Shown one piece after another: positions 21,250-30,942 of a stretch of DNA of 64,000 nucleotides. Under the pieces are notes generated by a model. It saw nothing but the letters and a program-made list of their open reading frames with translations. It was not told the DNA's origin and did no database searches. A program made the position numbers and the translations under genes. This stretch comes from Pirellulales bacterium (GTDB lineage Bacteria; Planctomycetota; Planctomycetia; Pirellulales; JACPPG01): assembly GCA_036499395.1 (NCBI GenBank), contig DASYDW010000063.1:5911-69910 (forward strand), read 5' to 3'. Within the stretch, counting starts at the first letter, position 1. Each line of letters begins with the position of its first letter.

Positions 21250-21826
21250 ATGCCGCTGTGTGCGACGACAGAAGCTTTACATGAGACCCTAGCGGCTATT
21301 CTATCCCACAATCCCTGCTTCGTTGTTACCAACTACCATTTGGTTGAGACCTATCTCGATGGACGTCCCTCCTCAGCGGTCTGGGAAATGCATTCGTGCA
21401 AGTCGAAATCCAAAATCTACGACTAACGGGGCTCAAAAGCGATCGCTCTCGCTACAGATTGGACGCTGCACTACCACTTCGCCCGCTGCAAAGGAGCATT
21501 TTCGAAATGACGCCATCGCATCAAAAGACCAAAGCTGATGATGCGTCGCGAAGTAGAGGGCGTTGATTTCGGGTTTGGTCAGGTGGTTTGCTGGTAATTC
21601 CACAGCGCAATGATGGCTTCGGTCACGCGCTCATGAGCACCAATGACGTTCGAGCAGAGTGGGAAAGTAAGAGTCTCAAGGACGCATTGCTCGATGCGTT
21701 AGAATAGCGGAACTTTATCGCAAAACGGTTGTTTACGTCCGGCGGTCACAGGTATATGACTTATCGACCGAGACTCGTGGGTTGAGGTGAGGCACGCGAG
21801 GGGCTCAAAGCTAGGGCCAAATGCGA

Positions 21827-23245
21827 TCAAGCGCCCTCCGAATTGGCATCGTTGTGTTCAAGCTCATATTGGCGGATTTTGTCAAAGAGTTGACGTCGAC
21901 TGATTCCCAACGTTTTGGCTGCCTTCGTGCGGTTCCATTCGCATTGGTCCAACGCTTGTTCAATGACACGGCGTTCTGTCTCAGCCAGGATCTGCCGCAA
22001 GGACAGGGATTCGTTGGCTACTTGACCTCCTTCCGAGGCGATCGATTGTGACTTCTTCGTTACGGTAGGAATATCGTCCGCCAATATGACCCGACCTCTG
22101 GTCAGCGCGGCCGCTCGCGACAAGACGTTTTGTAATTCCCGAACGTTCCCTTCCCAAGTGGCTTCGCAAAGCTTGCTACAAGCCTCCTGCGAGAGGGCGA
22201 GCTGGGGCCAGTGGTACTTGCGGGCCAGATGGCGAACAAAATGCTCGGCGAGCAGGGGGATATCGTCAGGACGATCGCGAAGCGGAGGAAGGGAAACGCA
22301 GACGACATTAAGCCGATACAACAGGTCCTCGCGAAAGCTGCCTGCCGCAATCATATCGGAAAGGTCTTGGTGGGTCGCGGAGATCACCCGCACGTCGACT
22401 GAAATTACATCGTTGCCCCCGACGCGTTCAAATTGGCCAGTTTGCAATACCCGTAAAAGCTTGGCCTGCAGGTCGATATCGAGATCACCAATCTCGTCCA
22501 GAAACAACGTCCCTTGATGGGCCTGCTCGAATCGGCCGATACGCTGCGCGACCGCACCGGTGAACGCTCCCCGTTCATGGCCGAAAAGTTCGCTCTCCAG
22601 CAGAGTTGGACTAAGTGCCGCGCAATTTACTTTGACAAAGGGCTTTGCTGCACGAAGCGAGTTTTTATGGATAGCGCTGGCGACTAATTCCTTGCCCGTG
22701 CCGCTTTCGCCCAGGATCAGTACTGCTTCCGATGTCGTTGCAGTGCGTCCGATGGTTTTGAACACTTGCAGCATCGCTGGCGTGCGGCCGATGAATTCTT
22801 CATCGGACTCAGGTTCGGTAACACGTGGCCGCTCTTCAAGCGAACGCAGCTGGTCGAGCAATGCCTGCTGCTTGAGAGCTCGGCGCACCGTGAACAGAAC
22901 CTCGTCCAGATCGAACGGCTTGGTGATATAGTCGAAGGCGCCGAGCTTCATGGCTTCAATGGCTGCTTGGCTGCCACCGAAGGCGGTAATCACGATCACC
23001 GGGATGTCTTCCAGTTGATCCTCGAAATCGCGCAACAACTCCAAACCGGTGTGTCCCGGCATCTTGAGGTCCAATAGCGCTAAGGTGATTTTGCCCGTCG
23101 ATAGAACTTCGGACGCCTGCCGGCCATCGCTCGCCTCGAGCACTTGATAGCCTTCGGAACGGAGTAGGACTGCTAGGTTTGTGCGGATGGTCGTATCGTC
23201 ATCCGCAACAAGTATGGTGGTTTTCGACGCGCGCTGATTCGTCAT
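21827..23245 (-). CDS. sigma-54-dependent response regulator (NtrC family: REC, AAA+, Fis-type HTH)
   Basis: REC (ILVADDD ... LLDLKMPG), Walker A GESGTGKE, GAFTGA sigma-54 contact loop, and C-terminal HTH TKAAKTLGISRRQLFDKI. Its ATG overlaps the kinase stop by 4 nt (ATGA at 23242-23245). Confidence 0.92.
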   Translation of the reverse strand: MTNQRASKTTILVADDDTTIRTNLAVLLRSEGYQVLEASDGRQASEVLSTGKITLALLDLKMPGHTGLELLRDFEDQLEDIPVIVITAFGGSQAAIEAMKLGAFDYITKPFDLDEVLFTVRRALKQQALLDQLRSLEERPRVTEPESDEEFIGRTPAMLQVFKTIGRTATTSEAVLILGESGTGKELVASAIHKNSLRAAKPFVKVNCAALSPTLLESELFGHERGAFTGAVAQRIGRFEQAHQGTLFLDEIGDLDIDLQAKLLRVLQTGQFERVGGNDVISVDVRVISATHQDLSDMIAAGSFREDLLYRLNVVCVSLPPLRDRPDDIPLLAEHFVRHLARKYHWPQLALSQEACSKLCEATWEGNVRELQNVLSRAAALTRGRVILADDIPTVTKKSQSIASEGGQVANESLSLRQILAETERRVIEQALDQCEWNRTKAAKTLGISRRQLFDKIRQYELEHNDANSEGA

Positions 23246-24705
23246 TTCTGGCCTGATCGAAGAGGAAGCGTTACGCGAAACGTGGTTCCCGGCTCGGGGG
23301 AAGCCACGTATTCGACACTTCCGCCGTTTTGAATAATGATTTCTCTGCACAGCGCCAAGCCGAGCCCCGTGCCCATGGGTCTGGTTGTAAAGAAGGGTTC
23401 GAACAAATGGCGTCGACTCTCGGCCGAAATCCCCTCCCCACTGTCCTGAAATTCGATAACGTAGTGCTTGCCGTCAGCTTGTCGGGCACTGCTCACCAGA
23501 ACGCGGCCACCGTTAGGCATCGCTTGCAACGCGTTTTGGAGCAAGTTGACGAACACCTGCCGCAGGCCGGTAGGCGATCCGTTGACAATTATTTCGCCGG
23601 AAGCAAGTCGCCAGTCGATTGTGACCTGCTGTTCGACAGCCTGGGCCGCAAGCAGCTCTGCAGTTTCATGCAATAGGTTGTGAATCTCGACCGGTTTCCG
23701 GTCCGAGTGGTCGGCGCGAGAAAAATGAAGCAACTGCGAGATGGTCTGATTTAACTGGTCCACGGCACCCACCACGGCATGTAAGGATTGAGGAGTGCGC
23801 GTCTCGTCGGGAAGCCGCTCCCATAACTGGACGGTCGATCGAATGGCCGCCAGCGGATTACGCAACTCGTGGGCAACACCTGCCAGGAGCTTACCCAGTG
23901 CGGCAAGGTGCTCCGACCGGCGGAGATCTTCTTTTAACCTTGCTTCCTGCTCGCGTTGCGTTCGCACAGTTCGGCCCAAACTGATCAAGAGTGCCGCCGC
24001 CAGTATCAATCCGCCAATCGCCATTGCCGTGGATGCCTGATAGCGACGCACTTGATTGCCGAGTTGCCGCGGGTCGACGAGGCGGTACATCAGCCATGTT
24101 GCCAGTCGTGCGGGACGTTCGGCGCCGACTGGCTCTGTCACAATCATGACTCGGCTAGCTTCCACGTCGCGAACCGACAGGCGAGTGTCGCCTGGTGCAC
24201 TCATCAAGCTCTCTCGTGCTTGCAAGCGAATGTAGGGCGCCTCCAGCGGCGGCGGGTCACTCTTGTTGGGCTCTCGCCCCGGGTGATGATGCGTGGGAAA
24301 TGCATAGCCCAAAAAGCGGTCGACCTGATCGTCGACGTAAAATCCTCCTTCGATGTCGGGAAAGTTCCGCAGGACTTGCGTCGTCAACTCGCCCAAGCGT
24401 CGATTGTAGTCGTCGATGGATTCGGCGCTTTGCAGCTGCGGGCTTCCCAAGCGTGCTGCCTCTTCCGCCATTCGATGACTGGCTTCCTGCAATTGCGCTT
24501 GTACTTCTCTTTCTCGCTGAGGGCTGCTGCGCGTCACGAACGCATCGAACGCCAAGAGAGCGAGCGATGCCGCCACCACTGTTGCCAGCAGCACAGCTTG
24601 CGTGCGTACAGTCCAGAATCGTCGTATCGAGAAGTGACTCACAAAAGTTCCGGCATCGGCGGCCAAGACTAGATGCATACCCCGGAAGCGAACAACAAAT
24701 ACCAT
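23242..24705 (-). CDS. sensor histidine kinase (HisKA plus HATPase_c), partner of the NtrC-like regulator
   Basis: H-box HELRNPLAAIRSTVQL, plus the N, G1 (QDSGEGI) and G2 (GTGLGLALC) boxes. Two TM segments flank a periplasmic region. Start uncertain. Confidence 0.88.
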   Translation of the reverse strand: MVFVVRFRGMHLVLAADAGTFVSHFSIRRFWTVRTQAVLLATVVAASLALLAFDAFVTRSSPQREREVQAQLQEASHRMAEEAARLGSPQLQSAESIDDYNRRLGELTTQVLRNFPDIEGGFYVDDQVDRFLGYAFPTHHHPGREPNKSDPPPLEAPYIRLQARESLMSAPGDTRLSVRDVEASRVMIVTEPVGAERPARLATWLMYRLVDPRQLGNQVRRYQASTAMAIGGLILAAALLISLGRTVRTQREQEARLKEDLRRSEHLAALGKLLAGVAHELRNPLAAIRSTVQLWERLPDETRTPQSLHAVVGAVDQLNQTISQLLHFSRADHSDRKPVEIHNLLHETAELLAAQAVEQQVTIDWRLASGEIIVNGSPTGLRQVFVNLLQNALQAMPNGGRVLVSSARQADGKHYVIEFQDSGEGISAESRRHLFEPFFTTRPMGTGLGLALCREIIIQNGGSVEYVASPEPGTTFRVTLPLRSGQK

Positions 24706-24852
24706 ACCACGCCAACGACGAGCCGATTAATGGTCCCGCACGACTGAAAGTGGGCAGAGATCTGCTCACGGAAGCGGGGGGTTTCTGCCCACATCGCGAT
24801 TTGGAACGCACGTCGTTCCTCTCGGCTGGTTGCCCCAGCGTATTTGTCAACT

Positions 24853-24864
24853 TGCCGCGAACTC
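24853..24864 (+). repeat. 12-bp direct repeat TGCCGCGAACTC, copy 1 (possible activator site)
   Basis: An identical 12-mer recurs 90 bp downstream in the HK/secreted-protein intergenic region. Confidence 0.3.
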
Positions 24865-24942
24865 AAAGTGCAAGGCCAACAAGTGCCGTACTTGATGTAC
24901 TTTTCGACGTGTGCCGACCGTGTCGTTCGCAAGGTGAACACA

Positions 24943-24954
24943 TGCCGCGAACTC
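24943..24954 (+). repeat. 12-bp direct repeat TGCCGCGAACTC, copy 2
   Basis: Exact copy of 24853-24864. It ends 14 bp upstream of the candidate -24 element. Confidence 0.3.
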
Positions 24955-24968
24955 GCCTTCGCATGCTT

Positions 24969-24984
24969 TGGCATTGCGTTCGCT
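24969..24984 (+). promoter_or_regulatory. candidate sigma-54 (-24/-12) promoter
   Basis: TGGCAT-TGCGT-TCGCT against the consensus TGGCAC-N5-TTGCW. The invariant GG and GC are present at the correct spacing. It lies about 75 nt upstream of the ATG at 25060 and next to an NtrC-family activator operon. Confidence 0.4.
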
Positions 24985-25059
24985 ATTGTCGCAGAGCGTC
25001 AGATCAACTTGGTGCCGGCGACGGTGCAGGCGCTACATTTTTCAAGAAGGAGACTCATC

Positions 25060-25800
25060 ATGTTATGGAACTGGAAGTTAGCTCTTCTATCCGCTGCGTT
25101 TGGCCTGTTCGGCACCATCGCCTGGGGCCAGACGTCCAACACCTCAGTTCGCGGAGAAATCAAGAGCTTCACGACAGCGCCAAAGGGAGAGACCGATGGC
25201 GCGATGTTGACAGACGGGAGCTACATCCATTGGCCTCCGCACGTCGGCGAACGGATCGCAGCGATCCTCAAGGTCGGTGATCGGCTTGAATCTGAGGGCC
25301 GTTGGGAAAACGGTCCTGAAGGCGATCGACGATTTGAGGCCGAGCGCGTTATCAACACCAAGACGAATGAACGAGTCGAGATTGATGGACCGCGCCGAGG
25401 GGCACGGCCGGATGCGAAACCGCGTCGTGGCGATACCAGTACCAAGGTCGGTCGCATTAAGGAAGTGACTACGGCACCCAAGGGTGAGGTTGACGGTGCG
25501 CTGCTGAAGGACGGCACGACGCTGCATTGGCCACCTCACCTTGAAGGACGTTTTCGGACGGTGGCAGCAGTCGGGGCCGAAGTACGGGCTGTCGGCAGGG
25601 ATGAAACCACTCCCAGGGGCGATTCGCACTTCGAAGTTCAGTCCCTAACGAATCTGGATACCGATCAAACAGCCGCCAATGATGATGAGCCCGCACCACC
25701 GCGCGGACCGAGGGCAAACCGGGACGAGCGGCTGCGCGACTTGCAGCAACAGCTCGACCGCATCCAGCGAGAGATCGTCGATCTGCGACGCGCGGACTAG
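25060..25800 (+). CDS. secreted protein with two tandem ~100-aa repeats and a C-terminal coiled-coil-like tail (unknown function)
   Basis: AAGGAG lies 8 nt upstream of the ATG. Signal peptide MLWNWKLALLSAAFGLFGTIAWG. The repeats are IKSFTTAPKGETDGAMLTDGSYIHWPPH... and IKEVTTAPKGEVDGALLKDGTTLHWPPH... Confidence 0.7.
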   Translation: MLWNWKLALLSAAFGLFGTIAWGQTSNTSVRGEIKSFTTAPKGETDGAMLTDGSYIHWPPHVGERIAAILKVGDRLESEGRWENGPEGDRRFEAERVINTKTNERVEIDGPRRGARPDAKPRRGDTSTKVGRIKEVTTAPKGEVDGALLKDGTTLHWPPHLEGRFRTVAAVGAEVRAVGRDETTPRGDSHFEVQSLTNLDTDQTAANDDEPAPPRGPRANRDERLRDLQQQLDRIQREIVDLRRAD

Positions 25801-25824
25801 CGCCGAGAACTATTGTCTCATGAT

Positions 25825-25875
25825 GCGACGTGTTGCGCGCAGGGAACCTAGCTCGCAAACGTCGCGTTTTGCTTT
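25825..25875 (+). terminator. candidate intrinsic terminator
   Basis: GCGACGT-g-TTGCG ... CGCAA-ACGTCGC forms an interrupted 12-bp stem. It is followed by GTTTTGCTTT and starts 25 nt after the stop at 25800. Confidence 0.45.
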
Positions 25876-25915
25876 CCTCCCGGAACTAAGAATGTGTGGA
25901 GACGAGATCAACCCC

Positions 25916-26266
25916 ATGAATCTGAAAGTCATACTCGCGGTAGTGGGGATGCTGTGCCTGTCAAACGTGTTCATGACGTTTGCCTGGTACGGCCACCTTA
26001 AGGATCTCGCCCATCGCCCGTGGTACGTCGCGGTACTGGTGAGCTGGTTGATTGCGTTTTTCGAGTACCTCGTGCAGGTGCCGGCCAATCGTTTCGGCGA
26101 CGCTCATCAAATCAACCTCGGTCAACTGAAAATTCTGCAGGAGATTGTCACGCTATCAGTTTTCGTGCCCTTTGCCATCTTCTATATGCACAAGCCGCTG
26201 AACTGGAACTTCCTTTACGCAGGATTCTGTCTGTGCGGCGCGGTGTATTTTGTTTTTCGAAGCTGA
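25916..26266 (+). CDS. small DMT-superfamily membrane protein (DUF486-like)
   Basis: 116 aa with 4 hydrophobic segments and an FMTFAWYGHLK motif as remembered for DUF486. The long N-terminal extension in the ORF track was discarded. Confidence 0.6.
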   Translation: MNLKVILAVVGMLCLSNVFMTFAWYGHLKDLAHRPWYVAVLVSWLIAFFEYLVQVPANRFGDAHQINLGQLKILQEIVTLSVFVPFAIFYMHKPLNWNFLYAGFCLCGAVYFVFRS

Positions 26267-26274
26267 GAACCAGC

Positions 26275-27606
26275 ATGTCTCTTAAGACTCAAAATGCCCA
26301 CCAACATTCGGATGACCCAGCCATGGCTGGGGAGAAAGAGCCTTTCGGCGACGCCATCAATCCCGCAGCACAAGCAAAATCCAGAGGCAGCGAACGGGCG
26401 CTTGACGCAACCGCATTTTTTCTTGCAGATGTTGCCGACGGCTTAGGGCCATTCCTGGTGATCGACTTAACCAGCCGCCGGGGCTGGAGTGCCTCTCAAG
26501 CCGGGCTGGCGATGGCGATGCTTTTGGTTGGCACGGTCGCCATGCAAACTTTTACCGGTAGCTGGATCGATCGCACGCGTCACAAAACTATGGCGATTGC
26601 CATGGCGTGTTGCATCGTGGCTGCTGCCACGGTGGGGCTCTATTTCTCGACGACACCTTCAATCGTTTACGGCCTGCAAGCCTTGACCGGCGTGATGGTG
26701 ACTGTGTTTCCACCTGCACTGGCAGCAATCAGCTTGGGGCTGGTCGGTCGCAATCGCCTGGCCGCTCGCATAGGTCGCAACGAAGCTTGTTTTCACGCAG
26801 GCAATGTGACAGCGGCATTCCTGGCCATTGCGACCAACTACCTGTGGGGAACCATCGGTATCTTTTGCAGCGTGGCAGCGATGGCGATCGCCAGCGCGGT
26901 GAGCGCGCATTTCATCGACAACTCACAGATCGACCATGAATTGGCCCGTGGAGCAGATGATGGCGGCGGCAGTCCGTCTATCCTTCCCTGGCGAAGCGTC
27001 GCCACCGACCAGCGAATCCAATGGTTTGTTCTCGCCGTAGTCCTGTTCCATTTCGCCAACGCAGCCATGCTGCCGCTGGTGGGTCAGAAAGTAGGACACT
27101 CCAATCAAAACGCCGCACAATCGATGATGGCAATATGCATTATCGTTGCCCAGATTGTGATGGTGCCCATCGCATTCTTGGCCAGCCACTTTGCCATCCT
27201 AGGTCGTCGCAAAGTATTTCTGGTCGGTTTTCTTATCCTGCCGATTCGTGGTCTGCTCTACACGCTAACCGATTCGCCAAGCTGTTTGATTGCTATTCAA
27301 GTGCTCGACGGCATTGGTGCAGGCATCTTCGGTGTGGTCGCCGTCCTCATGGTGGCTGACCTGACTCGTGGCACGGGCCGGTTCAACTTCGCTCAAGGCC
27401 TGATGGCGACCGCAATCGGCTTGGGAGCGGCGGCCAGTCAGTTCCTGGCAGGGATAGTCGTCGACCGCCTCGGTTTCGATGCCGGATTCCTGTTCTTGAG
27501 CGGGATCGCCGTACTAGCTGTCGCGGTGTTCCTCTTCAAAGTGCCAGAAACGTCTCCGCACTTACGACGGACGGCGTCACTTACGGATGGTCGTTTACCA
27601 GACTAG
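26275..27606 (+). CDS. MFS transporter
   Basis: About 12 hydrophobic segments. An MFS motif-A-like GSWIDRTRHK lies between TM2 and TM3. The ATG at 26275 is 8 nt after the preceding stop. Confidence 0.8.
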   Translation: MSLKTQNAHQHSDDPAMAGEKEPFGDAINPAAQAKSRGSERALDATAFFLADVADGLGPFLVIDLTSRRGWSASQAGLAMAMLLVGTVAMQTFTGSWIDRTRHKTMAIAMACCIVAAATVGLYFSTTPSIVYGLQALTGVMVTVFPPALAAISLGLVGRNRLAARIGRNEACFHAGNVTAAFLAIATNYLWGTIGIFCSVAAMAIASAVSAHFIDNSQIDHELARGADDGGGSPSILPWRSVATDQRIQWFVLAVVLFHFANAAMLPLVGQKVGHSNQNAAQSMMAICIIVAQIVMVPIAFLASHFAILGRRKVFLVGFLILPIRGLLYTLTDSPSCLIAIQVLDGIGAGIFGVVAVLMVADLTRGTGRFNFAQGLMATAIGLGAAASQFLAGIVVDRLGFDAGFLFLSGIAVLAVAVFLFKVPETSPHLRRTASLTDGRLPD

Positions 27607-27938
27607 TTGCTATCGAGGGGCCGGCGAGAAGCTATTCGCGGAAACCATCCGCCTAATTCTATAGCGTGGTCGCTTCGGATCCAAAATGGGCGGTCAGCAG
27701 TCGCACGTTGAGCGGCGGCGCAAAAATCTGCAGCGCGCCAGTGCTTAAAAAAGGCCGTTGAATGGGCCACGAATTGGCAGTTGTCGGTATATTTCCCCAG
27801 GATCGCCCTCATTCGTGCGGATCTCCGTCCATGCTAGCTTTTGTGCGTGAGATACGCCAATTGGCTTATACGCCATTTGGCACGCGAGGTGCAGTGACGC
27901 CAAGTGGAGTTCGAGAATTCGCGAAGGAGGAAAAAGCC

Positions 27939-28178
27939 ATGACCCGTACCAATAATAAAGGTAACCGAAAGAAACCGATTAGTCGGGTTTTGCGGAAGAC
28001 AATCCGAGACAAAGGACTCACCGCTTACGCGACCGCAAAACAAGCGGGCGTATCGGTGGACGCAGTTCAACGATTTTTGAAGGACCAACGCGGTTTGTCC
28101 CTGGAGACGGTGGACAAACTTGCCGGGGCGCTCGATCTAACGCTCTGCGATGACGACACGAACACGGGGACGACTTGA
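27939..28178 (+). CDS. small helix-turn-helix DNA-binding protein
   Basis: GAAGGAGG lies upstream of the ATG. LTAYATAKQAGVSVDAVQRFLKDQRGLSLETVDKLAGAL looks like an XRE-type HTH. Confidence 0.5.
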   Translation: MTRTNNKGNRKKPISRVLRKTIRDKGLTAYATAKQAGVSVDAVQRFLKDQRGLSLETVDKLAGALDLTLCDDDTNTGTT

Positions 28179-28186
28179 CTGTCTTA

Positions 28187-28216
28187 ATCCGCCGTTGACT
28201 GGGTCAGATGGCGGAT
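28187..28216 (+). other. stem-loop just downstream of the HTH gene
   Basis: ATCCGCC..TGAC-tgg-GTCA..GGCGGAT inverted repeat. No T-run follows, so its function is unclear. Confidence 0.25.
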
Positions 28217-28279
28217 GGGCTGTCGACCGTCGTGCAATAATCGTGATCGAGGATGATTAATCGTAAGGCTCGTTAATCA

Positions 28280-30169
28280 ATGGCCCAGATGTTCGACGCA
28301 AGCCTCTTCCGTATACTCATCGAGCATAGTTTCGACGCCATCACCACGATTACGCGTGACGGGAGGGCCTCATACGTGAGCCCTGTCATTACGCGCGTTC
28401 TCGGTTACTCTCCCGATGAATTTCTAACCTTTGACGCCTTTGAGATCGTCCATCCCGACGATCGAAAGGCAGCAGCCGATCGCTTTACCGAGCTAGTTGC
28501 AACGCCAAATAGTTCACAGACTACAGTTAATCGGGTTAGACACAAAGATGGGTCTTGGAGGTGGATCGAGACAGTCGCGTCGAACCATCTCGATACGCCA
28601 CACGTCGATGCGATAATCGCAAGTTGTCGAGACGTCACCGAACGAAGGCAAGCAACTGAGGCGGTCCGTCAGGCGGAGGAAAAGTTTCGCAGTATCGTTG
28701 AAAGTGCGACGGAGTTTGCAATTTTCACCACCGATCTTAATGGCAATGTGAATAGCTGGAATTCTGGTGCAAGTCGACTTCTTGGCTATGACGAATCCGA
28801 AGTAATCGGACGGAGTTGCCGAATCTTCTTTTCGCCTGAGGATAATGAGCGAGACAAAGCTGAAGCGGAAATGCACGATGCTCTAGTGCAAGGGCGCGGG
28901 AGAGATGAGCGATGGCACGTAAGGAAGGACGGAAGTCAATTCTGGGGCAGTGGCTGGATGATGCCGCTTCGAGACGAAGCGGGGAGCGTTCGCGGATATC
29001 TAAAGATCTTTCGTGACATGACTCGCACTAAACTAGCCGAAGAGGCTTTGAAAGAAGCTAGTCGAAGAAAAGACGACTTCTTGGCGATCCTTGCCCACGA
29101 GCTTAGAAATCCGCTGGCGGCGATTAGCAATGCTGCTTTGCTCCTACAGATGCCAGCGGATGACCGGACAAGCGAATGGGCTCCAGATATGATCTCTCGG
29201 CAAACGAAATACTTATCGCGGCTCCTTGACGATCTGCTTGACGTATCGCGGATTACAAGAGGAAAGTTACGACTTAAAAATGAACGGCTGGACCTCTCGC
29301 CGGTCATTGCAAAGGCAATTGAAACGGTCAGGCCTCTCGTTGAAGAGAAGAGACATAGCCTCGCTTTTACCGTTTCGGCGGGTGGAATATCTGTCGTGGG
29401 CGATCCCGTGCGGATCGAGCAAGTATTCGTGAATCTGCTTTCGAACGCTGCGAAATACACTGACGAAGGAGGCAGCATCTCGGTCATTGCACAGAAGGAC
29501 GAAATGGCCACCATTGTCGTCCGGGATAACGGCATCGGAATCTCCGCTGATATGCTAACTCGGATTTTCGAACCCTTTGCTCAGGCAGAACAATCGCTCG
29601 ACCGTTCGCAAGGCGGATTGGGTATTGGATTGACGTTGGCCAGGTCACTGATCGACTTGCACGGGGGGACGATCTCCGTAAAGAGCGAAGGAGCAGGCCG
29701 AGGGAGCGAATTTGCGATCCGTCTTCCGTTGGCGAGTAGCGAGAATGACCCGGAAACGTTACCCGCGAACCAAACACTTCTACCGCCCAAAAGGACGTAT
29801 CGCGTTCTTGTTGTCGACGACAACCAAGACTCTGCCGTCTCGCTAGCAACTCTGCTCAAAGTCCGAGGATATGAGACGAACATCGCTTACGACGGACCGG
29901 CCGCAATCGAGCTCGCGCGATCATTTGGTCCCGATGCGATCTTGTTGGATATCGGACTTCCCAACATTGACGGTTACGAGGTTGCTAGGCAGATCCGAAA
30001 CAGTGAACGAGGAAAGTCAATGTTTTTAATCGCGATCTCCGGCTACGGCCAAGAACAGGACCGCCGCCGCTCCAAAGAAGCTGGGTTTGACCATCACTTT
30101 GTCAAACCGGTCGACTTTACGTCGCTGTCTAGCTTGTTGTCGGAACGTGTTCCGAACGTTCCCAAGTAG
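28280..30169 (+). CDS. hybrid sensor histidine kinase (2x PAS, HisKA, HATPase_c, REC)
   Basis: Two PAS-like blocks, H-box HELRNPLAAISNAA, DNGIGI, GGLGIGLTLARSL, then a receiver domain (VLVVDDNQD ... LLDIGLPNIDG ... FVKP). Confidence 0.92.
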   Translation: MAQMFDASLFRILIEHSFDAITTITRDGRASYVSPVITRVLGYSPDEFLTFDAFEIVHPDDRKAAADRFTELVATPNSSQTTVNRVRHKDGSWRWIETVASNHLDTPHVDAIIASCRDVTERRQATEAVRQAEEKFRSIVESATEFAIFTTDLNGNVNSWNSGASRLLGYDESEVIGRSCRIFFSPEDNERDKAEAEMHDALVQGRGRDERWHVRKDGSQFWGSGWMMPLRDEAGSVRGYLKIFRDMTRTKLAEEALKEASRRKDDFLAILAHELRNPLAAISNAALLLQMPADDRTSEWAPDMISRQTKYLSRLLDDLLDVSRITRGKLRLKNERLDLSPVIAKAIETVRPLVEEKRHSLAFTVSAGGISVVGDPVRIEQVFVNLLSNAAKYTDEGGSISVIAQKDEMATIVVRDNGIGISADMLTRIFEPFAQAEQSLDRSQGGLGIGLTLARSLIDLHGGTISVKSEGAGRGSEFAIRLPLASSENDPETLPANQTLLPPKRTYRVLVVDDNQDSAVSLATLLKVRGYETNIAYDGPAAIELARSFGPDAILLDIGLPNIDGYEVARQIRNSERGKSMFLIAISGYGQEQDRRRSKEAGFDHHFVKPVDFTSLSSLLSERVPNVPK

Positions 30170-30521
30170 TGAGGTCGGCAACCAAATCGGCCTGCGAGCG
30201 CCTAAGCCGTTGCCAGTAAATGCCGCGCCGCTTCGAGTTGTAAGTCCGGAGATTCGCAACAAGCTCGGCCTTGAAGCAGGCCAGATAATGCACAAGAAGT
30301 GCCCCCCGGTTGGGCAGTAGTGACGCGACACGATCGCCTTGAAGGAGGCCCAACGCCAAATACTGTCCTGCCAGCCGAGTCGAAGCTTGGTCCAGTTCGC
30401 GCCACGACCAAGTCCGTTCCAGCGAGATCAACGCTGGCCCGTCCGGTTTGCTTTTTAAGCCGACATCAAGCAGACTCGCGAGCTTGACCGGCCGTTCTAA
30501 AACGGCTCCGACAATCGCCAC
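30129..30521 (-). pseudogene. N-terminal fragment of an AMP-dependent acyl-CoA synthetase/ligase
   Basis: PALISLERTWSWRELDQASTRLAGQYLALGLLQGDRVASLLPNRGALLVHYLACFKAELVA is the classic first ~100 aa of the ANL superfamily. The ORF stops after 130 aa, before the A3 (P-loop) motif. Its last 41 nt overlap the 3' end of the hybrid kinase gene. Confidence 0.65.
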
Positions 30522-30942
30522 AAGAACTCCTTCACATTAAGCCTTCGTCGATAAAAAGTGGACCGCCGCAACATGTTAATAATTTGCACTAATGCCAACT
30601 AAGATGGCCAAGGGCTTGGGCTATACCGCTGTCAGCACTTCAATCGTGAAAACGATCATCGCGAAACTGCCGCGAGGCAAATAATTCAGGCCAACTCGTC
30701 AGAATTGGTTTAACCAATGCGACCGCAGTAGGTTGCACATGATCGGTCGCCCGATGATTCGGGAGGAAATCTCCTTCCGCTCTTGAATCAACAATAGTTC
30801 GGCGTTTTTGCCTTACTAATATGCTTCGGTCACATCGACCGGTGGCACTAAAGTCACCTGCTTTGGACCGGCGGAAGCGACAATGCCTCAAGAACCGCGC
30901 CGGGTGCTGTCCCTGGGAACACGAACTTGCTGGAAAGTTGCT

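Noticed and set aside
24195-25280. 361-codon plus-strand ORF spanning the kinase 5' region and the intergenic region
   Set aside because: It is antisense to the histidine kinase and runs through the promoter region. The translation is Arg/Ser/Pro-rich with no motifs. The real plus-strand gene starts at 25060, with an SD and a signal peptide.
26020-26274. N-terminal 85-codon extension of the MFS ORF overlapping the DUF486 gene
   Set aside because: The extension is out of frame with a well-supported small membrane protein gene and is Arg-rich. The MFS gene most likely starts at the ATG at 26275.
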